Notes: generated by a model not told the origin, from the letters alone. DNA of 64,000 bases from Octopus vulgaris (GCA_951406725.2 OX597817.1:171058001-171122000), one strand, 5' to 3'. Positions 26,483-39,451 are shown, counted from the stretch's first letter. Numbers and translations: made by a program.

Positions 26483-28409
26483 ACAATCACAGAAGTCTGG
26501 TGCAGGCTTCGGCCTGGCCTACTCTTGTGGTAACCTTCCCACCCATGCTAGCATGGAAGACGGACATTAACCGATGATGATGATGATACAATGTGCTTCT
26601 TTCTTTCATTTTCAGTCTTGTTGTGAGCCTTATTGTGGACCCTGTTAACCACCTGTTTGGCCCCCTCCCTGACCTGGTCGATAGTAACACTATAAACTTC
26701 CATAGTCCTACCATTTTAGCTATACCACCATGTCACCAATACTTGTGGCTACAGTGATATTGCTTCCCAGCTCTATACTAGAAATGTTAACACCTCTGGT
26801 CATACCTCAGGGGTAACCAATGGTATTAATCAAAATAGGATAGGGATTAATTATAAACCCACTAATAGAGTGAAAAATGCTGATTGTCAAGTCTCCCAAC
26901 TATGTCTGTTAAATTTATTTTGCCTATGTCTTAGTGTAGTATATATTCCCACCAGAGCACGATCTACATTGGGGTACACTTGATTATAAGCATCACAACC
27001 AGGCTCACCTGACGTCATTCTCAAATAGAACATCTAAAATGTCTACTTCCATAGCTACATAAACACATTACCTCAAATCCCAGGATGCCTCCTATACTTT
27101 GTCCAAGTCCATAGTTTGAGGGTGCCCCATACAATGCTAACCATTGCATTTGTAAATTGTTTCAGGGATCTGCTCACAATCCTACACCATTATATTACCT
27201 CTTTACTCAATAGGTTTTCTGATGTAATCTTCTCTTGTAAACATAAAATTTATTCCACATTTGCTTATTATGTAAAAATCTTTTTAATTTTTCCTAGTTG
27301 TGGTTAAATCTCTTCACTCATTAAGTTTTAAAGCATCAGTTTACTTTCTCCTCTTGGCATTTTCTCTTTCCCTCAACATATTCTCCTCCTCCACTACCTT
27401 CATACCCACTCCTTTACCTCAGTGTTTATCTCTTCCTGCTTCTTTGTCAGGACAGTTGACATTCTCAACTGCTTTATTATCTGCAACATTTAATTTGACC
27501 ACCCATGATATTTGCTTTCACCAGGCTGACTTTAACTCTGTCTTCTCCCTTTCTCTCTCTGTTTGCTCTGTTCTCTCCCTGTTCCTCTTTTCTTATATTG
27601 TAGAAGTCATTCTTCTTCTCACCCTGGTTTTTTGATCTTGTCCCACTTTTTTTACCTTTCAACCATCTATATTTGCTAGCATTTCTATGTGAACCGCATT
27701 TGCCAATCTTCTCTTGATGAGGGGAACCAGACTTACAGTAATATCTTCATGTGACAGGCAGATTTCACTTGCAAATTATGATTATTATTGATTACTATGT
27801 AACTCAGAACTTCCAGAAACAGCTGTCAAGTTAAGAAACTATATATTTTCTTGTTTTATTTTGTATTTTTTGCGCTCCATGTAAATATACATATATATAT
27901 ATATATATATATATTAATCAAAGTGTATAATATTATATAGCCATGTATGAAAGCATGGATATATATTTCAAGCTTAACTGTGTCTATCTGTTTTACTACC
28001 TCTATGTATGTATGTATGTATGTATGTATGTACATCGACTGTCAGCAGTGTCTTTTATGTATACACATTGTACTTAAAACATTAATCCATCTTTCTGCGA
28101 GAGAGAAACTTGAGTTTCTGATTCAATGAGGGTGAAAAAAAAAATAAAATGAAATGAGTAAGCTGATGGACATGGACAAGAAGATGGTTTGTTGAGACAA
28201 CAACAATTACAACAACAATAAATGCAATCTATTATTTATGTTTGTTGCTGTTGTTGTTGTGCAGCTTGCAGTGATAGTAGAAGCTGCTGCAATTGATTTT
28301 ATGGTTTTGTATTTATTGTTATTGTTGTAGTTGTATTTTTTGGGTCTTTTTACTTGGAGATGGAAAGGACTATGTCTCTGTGGTATTTTATTGCAGTTGT
28401 TGTTGTTGT

Positions 28410-28441
<32 letters not shown>

Positions 28442-28569
28442 GTGTTGTTGTTGTTGTTGTGTTTTTTGTTGTTGTTGTTGTTGTTATTGTTGCTGCCAGG
28501 AAAAATATATTTCATTCAATTCCAAATTTACAGATATAAGTACAAGTACCCTTGAACTTCATTTTTATA

Positions 28570-28596
28570 GATAAATACTGGTGGTGGTGGTGATGG

Positions 28597-28652
<56 letters not shown>

Positions 28653-29545
28653 CTGTTGGTGTCGGTGGTGGCCACAGCAGCAGTGGCGGTGATGACAATA
28701 ATGATGGCAGGGGACAAAGCAGCAGCGGTAGTGACAGTGGTGGTAGCAACCACAGTGGGAGCAGCAGCAGTGGAGGTGGGGTGGGGGATGGGGGTAGTTG
28801 TGGCCGTTGTTGTAGTGGTGTGGTGGTGGTGGTGGTGGTTGTGGTGGTGGTGGTACAAGGAGTATATAATATGGAGTGAACAATGGAAAAAGATGGTCAA
28901 CAAGAATAATGGGAAAGGAAGATGAGGGACAGAAGGGAGAGGGGGAGAAATAAATGAAAACACAAGTGGTGGTGGTGGTGGTGGTGTGGCGGTGTGGTGG
29001 TGTTGGTGTTGGTGTTAGTGGTGGTGTATGTGGTGGTGTTGGTGTTCGTGTTGGTGGTGATGGTGGTGGTGGTAGTGGTGGTGGTGATGGTGGTGGTGGT
29101 GGTGTTGGTGGTGGTGGTAGTGGTGGTGGTGATGGTGGTGGTGGTAGTGGTGGTGGTGATGGTGGTGGTGGTGGTGTTGGTGGTGGTGGTAGTGGTGGTG
29201 GTGATGGTGGTGGTGGTGGTGTTGGTGGTGGTGGTAGTGGTGGTGGTAGCGGCAGTGGTGGTGGTGGTGGTGGTGTATGTGGTGGTGGTGTATGTGGTGG
29301 TGTTGGTGTTAGTGGTGGTGTATGTGGTGGTGATGGTGGTGGTGGTGGTGGTGGTTGTGGTGGTGGTGGTGGTGGTGGTGGTGGTGTATGTGGTGGTGGT
29401 GGTTTTGATGGTGGTGGTGGTTTTGATGGTGGTGGCAGCAGTAGTGGTGATAGTGGTGGTGGTGGTGGTGGTGGTGGTGGTGGTGGTGGTGGTGGTGGTG
29501 GGTGGTGGTGGTGGCGGCGGCAGCAGTGGCAGCAGCAGTGATGGT
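28570..29545. repeat. (GAT)n/(GGT)n simple-repeat block
   Basis: ~550 bp of near-pure ggt at 28967-29520. Confidence 0.95.
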
Positions 29546-29919
29546 GGAAGGGAATCTTTGGAAGATTATTATAGAATGATAAATTCTATTTGCAGTGTAA
29601 CTTGTGGATTGTTATTTAAACAAACACAATCCTCTTCACTCTATAAATGTTGAAATATTCCAGAAAAATATTCCACAATCTTCTCAGCAGACAAAAATAA
29701 AAATAAAAATAACAGTTGAAGATATTTTCAATAATGGCTGGTTTGCAGCTTTTGTTCAGTCTACACGTAGATTTGTAATCGTTTGGGAATTTTTATGAAT
29801 TTTCCCGTATTATCTCAAACATTTTTCTTTTATATTTTTCAGTAAATCATCATATTTAACAATACGGCCACAAAATTATCTTCCTGTATTATATATACAA
29901 TACCTGGGAAGAAATAGTG

Positions 29920-30405
29920 CAGTGTTCACATCTGAACACTGAGTTACAACAGTTAAGTTAACGACGTTGAAACCTGTTCATTTCTAATTCTACACAGCAG
30001 TTTCTACAGGTTGTTTTCCAACAGGATTTGTTCACATTCCTTCTCTGCTCTATACAATAATTAAACAATAGGCTGTGTTCACATTCCTTCTATTCCCTAC
30101 ACAACAGTTAACCAATAGGATGTATTTGCATTCAATATTTTCTCTTCTTAACAGTTAACCCACAAGTTATGTTCACATTCCTTCTATTCTCTACACAGCA
30201 GTTAATCAACAGGACATGTTCACTTTCCTTCTTTCCTTTACAAAACAGTTAACCAACAGGGCATGTTCACATTCCTGTTCTTCCCTACAAAACAATTAAC
30301 AGACATAATGTGTCCACATTCCTTCTATTCTCTACACAGCAGTTAACCAACAGAATGTGTTCACATTCCTTCTATTCTTTATGTAACAATTAACCAATAG
30401 AATGT
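29920..30405. repeat. 47-bp minisatellite, ~9-10 diverged copies
   Basis: Unit atgttcacattccttctattctctacacagcagttaaccaacaggac, with tgttcacattcc at ~30029, 30076, 30170, 30217 and onward. Confidence 0.85.
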
Positions 30406-30599
30406 CAAGAAATGATCTGACAGGAGGCTATTCCTGAGAGGTCAGGCTGAGATGTCAAACATGTACATCACCTCTGTCGTATATTACCACCTGACAGTAA
30501 CGCCTTGGTCCAGTTTTTGTCCAACTAGATTAAATCCCCTATTTTACTTCTTTTATTGGAAGGACTTGTTCCACTGATCTGGTAGTCCATCTGCCAACC

Positions 30600-30912
30600 A
30601 ATGCCTGTTTGTTCCTTCACGAGCCATGCCTGGCTCATAAGGGCCAGTTTCCTGGTTTCCTTGGCATATAGGTTCCCCACCTGGACGGGATGCCGGTCTG
30701 TCGCAGGTGAGCTGCAAGATGCAGGAGGAAAGAGTGAGAGAAAGTTGTGGCGAAAGAGTCAGCAGGTGTTCGTCATTACCTTCGGCCAGAGCCGCCGCAT
30801 GGAGCTTAGGTGTTTCGCTCATAAACACACACATTGCCCGGTCTGAGATTCGAACCCGCAATCGCTCAGCCACAAGTCCGCTTCTCTAACCACTAGGCCA
30901 TGTACCTCCACC
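30600..30912 (-). mobile_element. tRNA-derived SINE (C-related)
   Basis: Reverse-complement head tggcctagtggttagag..gggttcgaatctc. Shares modules with 48727-49030(-), 50060-50436(+) and 52360-52590(+). Confidence 0.8.
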
Positions 30913-31372
30913 AACCAATGCCTGCTGTACACATGATTCTCTCTCTTTCTTGGCTGGATAACCATGTACCTCTTCTACAGCAAGACACCTGATTCTACCT
31001 CTCTGTTTCCCCATCACACTATAACCTTTCATCCTCTGACACAAGATTCGATCCCCTCCTCCAATTCCCCCTCCACTCTCAAAATTCCTTGTCTTGCAAG
31101 TTACTTAGTGAACCTGCCAGTGTTGGTGCCATGTAAAAAAGCATCCAGTTCACACTGTGAAGTGGTTGGCAATTAGGAAGGGCATTCAGCTGTAAAAACC
31201 ATACCAAAGATGATCTTACCTGTGGTGGTGCCAGGTAAAAAGGCACTCAGACCACACCATGGGGTGGTTGGTATTAGAAAGGGCACCCAGCCATAAAAAT
31301 CATGCCAAAACAGACACAGTAGCTTCTACCTGGCCAGTTCCTGTCAAACCTTACAACTCATGCCAGCATGGA

Positions 31373-31373
31373 A

Positions 31374-31407
<34 letters not shown>

Positions 31408-31414
31408 GTGATGG

Positions 31415-31498
<84 letters not shown>

Positions 31499-31500
31499 GT

Positions 31501-31565
<65 letters not shown>

Positions 31566-31566
31566 A

Positions 31567-31623
<57 letters not shown>

Positions 31624-31641
31624 GTGATGATGGTGATGATG
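31373..31641. repeat. (GAT)n of ~90 units, expanded SINE-D tail
   Basis: Directly follows atgccagcatggaa. Confidence 0.95.
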
Positions 31642-32613
31642 TAAATGTGCCATTTTATGTCAGACACATTTTCTCATAGCTCTACCCATAGCTTTGAAGC
31701 ATTCCTGAATTAAACAAAGAATAAGCCTGGACAACTGATATCTGGAATGTTGTCATGTAACTCTACTCTACTGTCATGTACTCACAACACTCTACTGCAG
31801 AGGTTCTCAACAGTTGCCCAACCTGATATAGAAAGTTTAACTAGATCCCATCAGGCACCAGGAAGTCATTAACTTGCAATGTATGGAGTAGATTTGCAAA
31901 TTTTGTCTTTAGTAATTTTTTATCTTTCGTTTTTGGATTTGGCATGCAAGATTCTTTATATGAGTTAGACTATTGAAAAACATTACAAGACGCAATGAAA
32001 ATTTTAGGAAAATAAAAATAAGAAATAAGTGGAAATTTTACCGGTGAGTGTGTTAAATTATAAGGCACAAAAAGAAAATGACTCTTCCCAGACACAACAG
32101 AATTTTTATCATTTCACTGTTTAAAGTTTATACAATCCATTTTTAGAGTAAAATTCATAAATTATCATCCATGTCAAGTTAGTTTAGTCATGTTTCTTCA
32201 CTGACCACTTAGGTGGGTTCTAGGGATAACAACGACTTAAAAAGAGGTGCAACAAAAAAAAAATGGTTAAGAACCACTGATCTATTAGTTTGTCAAAATT
32301 TCAGGATAGTCATTTTCTGTTTTATCATGCCAAATAAACGCATGCATTATATAGTCATTCTTCACTCATTTATTATTGTGCTTATTTAATCTTATGTTCA
32401 TTGTCTGGAAATCTTTTGCCACACACCTATGACCTCTTCAGCAACTCTTCCATCCTGCATCTCTCCTCCTGTTCTGTTTAGTCCATTCTGTCTTTCTATG
32501 GTGTCACATAAGATAAAATGAGAACAGTAATAAATGAGTGAAGAACAAATATATAGCGCATGAGAAAAAGGGAAAAAAATTACCATCCTGAAATATAACA
32601 ATATCTGTTTCAG

Positions 32614-32787
32614 CACACGATTTCCAATCAGGAATCCTGCAAAACAAATTCATAAACGTAACAATGGAACTTGCATGTTAGTTTTCAAAGGAGAACTAGC
32701 AATGGAGGAGAGTGATGGATTACTTGGGGAAATTATGAGTGTCAAAGAGAATCAACTGTCAGATTTATCAGAAAATTTTTGTTACAT
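32614..32787 (+). other. Candidate exon (174 bp, phase 2-2, open frame TRFPIRNPAKQIHKRNNGTCMLVFKGELAMEESDGLLGEIMSVKENQLSDLSENFCY)
   Basis: tgtttcag| acceptor, |gtaaga donor, no stops in one frame. No recognisable domain. Confidence 0.3.
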
Positions 32788-33082
32788 GTAAGATGGATCA
32801 GTCCCTGTGAATCAACTGTTCCCCTCCCCTTAAAACTGCTTGTCAGGCCAAATGTCAGGAGGTATTTCACTGTGATTCATATGTCCTGAGGTCAAATCCT
32901 GGATGAAATAAAATACTGCTCAAATACAGGGATCAGATTAATCTTTTGACACCAACTCACCTGGAACTACTCTTTTGATCTATGGTACAAGTTCTCTGTT
33001 TTAAAATGATCTAAGTTAAAAGCCTTCTATCAAAATTTCATGTTAATTTACAGCCCAAATACCAGCTTAATAACAACAGTTA

Positions 33083-34371
33083 TTAGGTTGTCAAGAAAGT
33101 TCTTGTGGTTTTTAACCTTTAAATTCAGATGCACAAATCTCGGCTCAAACAAAACTTTATTAATCAAAATAAACACTATCAAAATCAACACACTTTTCCC
33201 AACGCAAAACAAGTTTATTTATGTCAGTAGCATAAAAATCCTGCATTCTGGTGGCAATGAAGTCGTTGAAGGTGTGTTTGGCATCGTCTTGGTTTTTGAA
33301 GCATTTCTCACACAGGAAGTTGTTGAGATGCTTGGAAAAGTGGTAGTTGGTAGGCGAGAGGTCTGGTGAGTATGGCAGATGAGGCAGAGTTTCATAGCCC
33401 AATTCATTCAATTTCTGCAGGGTCAGATGTGCGACGTACAGCCGAGCGTTGTTGTGGAGAAGAATTGGTCCTTTTCTATTGACCAATGCTGGCTGTTGTT
33501 GTTGGAGTTTCTTATGCATTTCATCCATTTGCTGATAGTAATTCTCTGCCATAATGGTTTTTTCATGGATCCAAAAAGCTGTGATAGATGAGATCGGCTG
33601 CAGACTACCAAACAGTCACCATGGCCTTCTTTTGGTGCAACTTTGACTTTGGGAAGTGCCATGGAGCTTCGTCAGTGTCCAACCACTGAGCTGAGTGTCG
33701 CCGGTTATCGTAAAGAATCCACTTTTCATCACAAGTCACAATCCAGTCAAGAAACGGGTCATTCTTGTTGTGTAAAAGAAGGGAAGATGACACTACAAAA
33801 AGAGCATTTTTTTTGGTTGTTGTTCAGTTCGTGCAGCACCCATTTCTCAAGTATTTTTGTTTTTCCAATCTCTTTCAAGTGGTTGGAAATTGTCATATAC
33901 GTTATGTCCAATTCAGAAGCAAGCTCTTGAACAGTTGTGCATGGATTGGCTTCCACTAAGGCTCTTAGTTAATTGTTGTCAACATCTGATGGCCAACCAC
34001 TATGCTTATCATCTTCAAGACTCTCGTCACTGCTACGAAATTTCTTGAACCACCATTGTGCTGTATGTTCATTAGTGGTTCCTGGGCCAAATGCATCATT
34101 GATATCACGAGCTGTTTCAACAGCTTTTCAGCCTAGTTTGAACTGGAATAAAAAAATTGTGCGAATTTGCTTTTTGTCCATGTTGTATTCAACGTTTCGG
34201 AAAAAAATGGCCTAATTATTCAAAAAGAAAAAGAGTAACACGATTAGATAGAACGAAAAATGGGTTTTAAAATTATATATAAAGTCAAAGTAATTTAAAG
34301 AAAATCAATTTGAAAATACATCATTTAAAACCAAAATTTAAAATTCCACAAGAACTTTCTTGAAAACTTAA
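33083..34371 (-). mobile_element. Full-length mariner transposon, Hsmar1/cecropia-like, 1289 bp
   Basis: TA TSDs, ~30-bp TIRs ttaggttgtcaagaaagttcttgtgg / ccacaagaactttcttgaaaacttaa. Confidence 0.95.
33160..34181 (-). pseudogene. Decayed mariner DD34D transposase
   Basis: [73 protein letters not shown]. Stops, frameshifts and two catalytic D-to-N changes. Confidence 0.93.
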
Positions 34372-34834
34372 TATTCTAATACAATCTTCTTTATTTTCAA
34401 AATCCTTTTTAACACTGGCAGCGTATTTCAACATAAATATAGTAACAAATGTGTTAATCAATTAATGTCCTTCTTCCAAAGGACACACACACACACACAC
34501 ACAATGAGTAAGCAGAATCATTAGTGTTTTGGATAAAATGATAAATGGTATTCCTCCTGGCTCTTTAAATTCAGCTGAGGTTGATTTTGCCTTTCATCTT
34601 TTTAAGGTCAATAAATCAAGCCCTGATGGGGGAAGAGGTTGTCGATGTCATTTACTAACTTACTTCCACCATCAGAATTGCTAGCCATGTGCCAAAATTT
34701 GAAAGCGTTACTAGAGTTTGATGGAATGGCAGAATTCATGGAGTCACAGACCAGCTATTTTTTTTGTTTCCCCTTAATTCACAGTTTGTAGTCTAAATGT
34801 GATGCGCGTGTGTGTGTGTGTGTTGCATGTGTGT

Positions 34835-36065
34835 GCAGGAGTGACTGTGTGGTAAGTAGCTTGCTTACCAACCACATGGTTCCAGGTTCAGTTCCACTGC
34901 GTGGCACCTTGGGCAAGTGTCTTCTACTATAGTCTTAGGCCGACCAAAGCCTTGTGAGTAGATTTGGTAGATGGAAACTGAAAGAAGCCCATCGTATATA
35001 TGTGTGTGTGTGTGTGTGTATGTTTGTGTATCTGTGTTTATCCCCCCAACATCACTTGATAACCGATGTTGGTGTGTTTACATCCCAGTAACCTAGTGGT
35101 TCGGCAAAAAGAGACCGATGGAGTAAGTACTAGGTTTACAAAGAATAAGTCATGGTTCCAGGTTCAGTTCCACTGCGTGGCACCTTGGGCAAGTGTCTTC
35201 TACTATAGTCTCGGGCCGACCAAAGCCTTGTGAGTAGATTTGGTAGATGGAAACTGAAAGAAGCCCATCGTATATATGTGTGTGTGTGTGTGTGTATGTT
35301 TGTGTATCTGTGTTTATCCCCCCCAACATCACTTGATAACCGATGTTGGTGTGTTTACATCCCAGTAACCTAGTGGTTCGGCAAAAAGAGACCGATGGAG
35401 TAAGTACTAGGTTTACAAAGAATAAGTCATGGTTCCAGGTTCAGTTCCACTGCGTGGCACCTTGGGCAAGTATCTTCTACTATAGTCTTAGGCCGACCAA
35501 AGCCTTGTGAGTAGATTTGGTAGATGGAAACTGAAAGAAGCCCATCGTATATATGTGTGTGTGTGTGTGTGTATGTTTGTGTATCTGTGTTTATCCCCCC
35601 AACATCACTTGATAACCGATGTTGGTGTGTTTACATCCCCGTAACCTTGTGGTTCGGCAAAAAAGAGACCGATGGAGTAAGTACTAGGTTTACAAAGAAT
35701 AAGTCATGGTTCCAAGTTCAGTTCCACTGCGTGGCACCTTGGGCAAGTATCTTCTACTATAGTCTTAGGCCGACCAAAGCCTTGTGAGTAGATTTGGTAG
35801 ATGGAAACTGAAAGAAGCCCATCGTATATATGTGTGTGTGTGTGTGTGTATGTTTGTGTATCTGTGTTTATCCCCCCAACATCACTTGATAACCGATGTT
35901 GGTGTGTTTACATCCCCGTAACCTAGTGGTTCGGCAAAAAAGAGACCGATGGAGTAAGTACTAGGTTTACAAAGAATAAGTCCTGGGGTCGATTTGCTCG
36001 ACTAAATGCGGTGCTCCAGCATGGCTGCAGTCAAATGACCGAAACAAATAAGAGAGCAAAAGAGT
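34835..36065 (+). mobile_element. SINE family A with internal 4x tandem amplification (~277-bp unit)
   Basis: Units start catggttcca at 34875, 35151, 35428 and 35705, with one head and one tail. Confidence 0.92.
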
Positions 36066-37020
36066 ATGTATGTTTGCATGTGTTTTGTGTGTGCATGTGT
36101 GTGCACGTGTGTGTTTGTGTGTGCATATGCATGTGTTCATGTGCGTGTGTACATGTGCATGTGTGTGTACATATTTATGCATGTGTGCATGCTTGTGCAT
36201 GTGTATGTGTGCAATGTTTTCAAATGTACAAAAAATCTCCATCTATAAATGTAAAAATGAAGGATTGTATGAGAGTGCATGACCACAAGGTATCTACAGC
36301 TCCTTTCATGCACACACATTGGAAGTTCCTGTTACTGCAAAGTAGACTCTTGACTGTAAAATGGAACACCAACTACACACGTGCAATATATTGCAGGGAA
36401 GATGCTCAGACAATAGACTTTGGCAACATCTCCCTAAAGGTTTTCCATTATTTGTTACCAACTGGGTCAGGTTTAAACACCTAAAAATATAAAGAAAAAT
36501 CAATATTGTTCAAGTGAACCATTTTTTTTTTTCTGTTTTGGTAGTCTAATTGTTTGTTTTCATCATCTTTTTCTTCTTCAGTTTCTAAGCTTTTTAACAA
36601 GTCTCATAATGAAAACATTTTTTTCACCTATATAACACAACTTGACACTTATCTATAGCCAAAGATGGAAACTTTTAGAAAAAAAAAAACCGTGCATTTG
36701 TTAATAAAGCTAACGAGTTCAGTGTTTTGTACTGTATTAATTGGTCATAATACAGACAACAAATATGACCGCTTTAACCATTTTCTTTTACATTCTTCCA
36801 TCTCTATCATGTATTTGTAAACAGTTGTTAATTATAGATTTTCAACAGGCCAGTCACTGAGTTCATTGCATTTCCAATGGCAAAAATAACTCTGAGTGTT
36901 TGCTCACACACCATTTAAAAGCTTATAAAGCTTATACTTTGTTGACAAAGATTCCCCTTGTGATAATCCTTGGAAGTCTGTTCCAAATCCTGATAATCAT
37001 GTGCAGAAGCCTCTCTCCAA

Positions 37021-37665
37021 TATAAACAAGAAATATGACCGCTGTGGCAAGCTGGCAGAAATGTTAGCACGCCGGGCGAAAAGCGTAGCCGTATTTCATC
37101 TGCTGTTACATTCTGAGTTCAAATTCAGCCAAGGTCGACTTTGCCTTTCATCCTTTCGGGGTCGATAAATTAAGTACCAGTTACGCACTGGGGTCAATGT
37201 AATCGACTTAATCCATTTGTCTGTCCTTGTTTGTCCCCTCTGTGTTTAGCCCCTTGTTGGTAGTAAAGAAATAGGTATTTCGTCTGCCACTACGTTCTGA
37301 GTTCAAATTCCGCTGAGGTCGACTTTGCCTTTCATCCTTTCAGGGTCGATAAGTTAAGTACCAGTTACACCCTGGGGTCGATGTAATCGACTTAATCCCT
37401 TTGTCTGTCCTTGTTTGTCTCCTCTATGTTTAGCCCCTTGAGGGCAATAAAGAAATAAGAAACGTTTGCACACCAGGTGAAATGATTAACGGTATTTCAT
37501 CTGCCGCTACGTTCTGAGTTCAAATTCCGCCGAGGTTGACTTTGCTTTCATCCTTAGGGGGTCGTTTAAATAAGTACCAGTTATGCACTGGGGTCGATAT
37601 AATCTGTTTGTCTGTCCTTGTTTGTCCTCTCTGTGTTTAGCCCCTTGTGGGCAGTAAAGAAATAT
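37021..37665 (+). mobile_element. Head-to-tail trimer of SINE family B under one 15-bp TSD
   Basis: TSD gaagcctctctccaa at 37006-37020 and 37666-37680. Confidence 0.9.
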
Positions 37666-37814
37666 GAAGCCTCTCTCCAAAATGTGAACTCGTGACATTC
37701 GGTGCTGAGAGGTTGTGTAAAGGCATGACTGTACTGACCCTAGTAAAACATCTTTCATACTACAGTTTTAGTATTGTTCTGAGCATTGACGAACTGTGAC
37801 TAATTAGAATTTTG

Positions 37815-38050
37815 GGATCTGTTCAGTTTGGTGCACAGATTTTTTTAATTAATTTTCTTTAACCAAACAGTTTGAAACTTTATATACTGATGGAATCTCA
37901 TGTAGAACACGGTTTACTTTGAACATTTTTGACAAAATTTGGTATTTTAGAAGCTATTTCCTGTTAAAGTTGTCGTATCTGGGTAATTTCAACCAATCAA
38001 CGACATGTATTCAGTTGAAGAAAGCTACTGTTGTTTGCAATAGTAAACAA
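37815..38050. mobile_element. Single decayed arm related to the foldback element at 40147-40884
   Basis: ggatct.. start and shared tgttaaagttgtc..accaatcaa.gac.tgtattcag.tgaa. Confidence 0.65.
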
Positions 38051-39451
38051 AGAGGAACTACATCCAGGTCATCTCTACTAAATGTCACTACTCTGTTCGA
38101 TTCATGTCGAGCAAAGATGATGCCACCTTTATCCTTTCCAGTCAGCACCATGCATTCCTTACACTTTTCCTCCCTGCAAATGGTCCTTCACAATATTTCT
38201 TACAATAAAATATAACCAATTCAGAGAGAAAGAAAGAATTGCCTCTTATTAATATTAATATTATTTAATAATTAGCCGGTCCATTAATAGTAGAAAACAC
38301 TTTCCAAAGTGTCACACAGTGGGGCTGAATCTAACACTAAGGGGTTGGGAAGTAAACTTCTTAACACACAGCTATACAATCTCCAAAAATAAGATAGGAT
38401 GCTGATAGTTGAAGCCGGATCAATCATTTTTCAACTGGAGCTAAACAATGACAGCAATTGGTATGCATCAAATATTCCTTGTGATGGGACTATTCAAGTT
38501 AGATATCTAGAAGTATTGAAGGAGTAATAACCGAGAGGAAAGGTTGTATGCATGTTAATGCTTCCTTCAGTGTTTGCAAGGCCGGTAGATTAGAAAATTA
38601 AGTTTTACATCCATTAGCAACAGGAATTACAACCGTGTTTCGTGGTCTGCTACTACAAAAGCTCCTTTATAGGATCCAGTTAGCTGAAGACATCCTCAGG
38701 AGGAACCACGTCCGGTTTCGGCCCCTACTCCTCTACCGTTTTGACGTGGCGGGGCTCCCCACTTTCGTAGGTGTCTTCAGCTCTGGTGTTGGGTGCATGT
38801 CTTCTTTCTTCTGTTCCCTGGCCTCTTCGATGTATCGTCAGCGAGTGTCAGCCGGTGACTGACTGACTTGTCAAATTTTTCCCTTTAAATACCTGCTGCT
38901 AGGCTCCAGCAGGCAGCCCCAGCAAGTTGTCACGTGACACTGTCTCACCTTAACTGACTTGTGAAGGCGCATAGTCTTAGCCCATGCATTCTCTAAACGA
39001 TTGTCACCTGTCAGTCAGCGAAGCTGATTCAGTGTCAGCTTGTCTCACCTAGTGATGTAATTATTAATTATAACTCAAACCAGCCAACAGAGGAGCTACT
39101 ACGAGTCAATCATTCTGCTAGAAACATCAGCCAAATTTTCCTTCAAATTACTTAATTTTTGGCATCTTTAAAAGAATGGACATACAAGCTAATTAATCCT
39201 CGATATCATCCTATTGTTTCTACCTACAAATCAAATGTCAAGTGGGAATATCTGATTATAGATTGGCTAAATCAGAAGATAATCTGCAATAAACAAACAA
39301 CAAAAACAAATTATAAACCAAACCAGTTATAACTCAAACTAAAAAGCATTTTGAAATATTTTATTGAAAAATACTAATAAATACAAGCAGTGAGCATGCA
39401 TGCGTGTGTGTTTATGTGTGTACGTGTGTGTGTGTGTGTGTGTGTGTGTAA

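Larger units (their letters stand above)
32938..34457. mobile_element. TTAA MITE (family 2) split by the mariner insertion
   Basis: The halves rejoin to ~229 bp and resemble the reverse complement of 44222-44450 and 43610-43823. Confidence 0.7.

Noticed and set aside
28954-29653. Gly-rich and poly-Val ORFs
   Set aside because: (GGT)n microsatellite.
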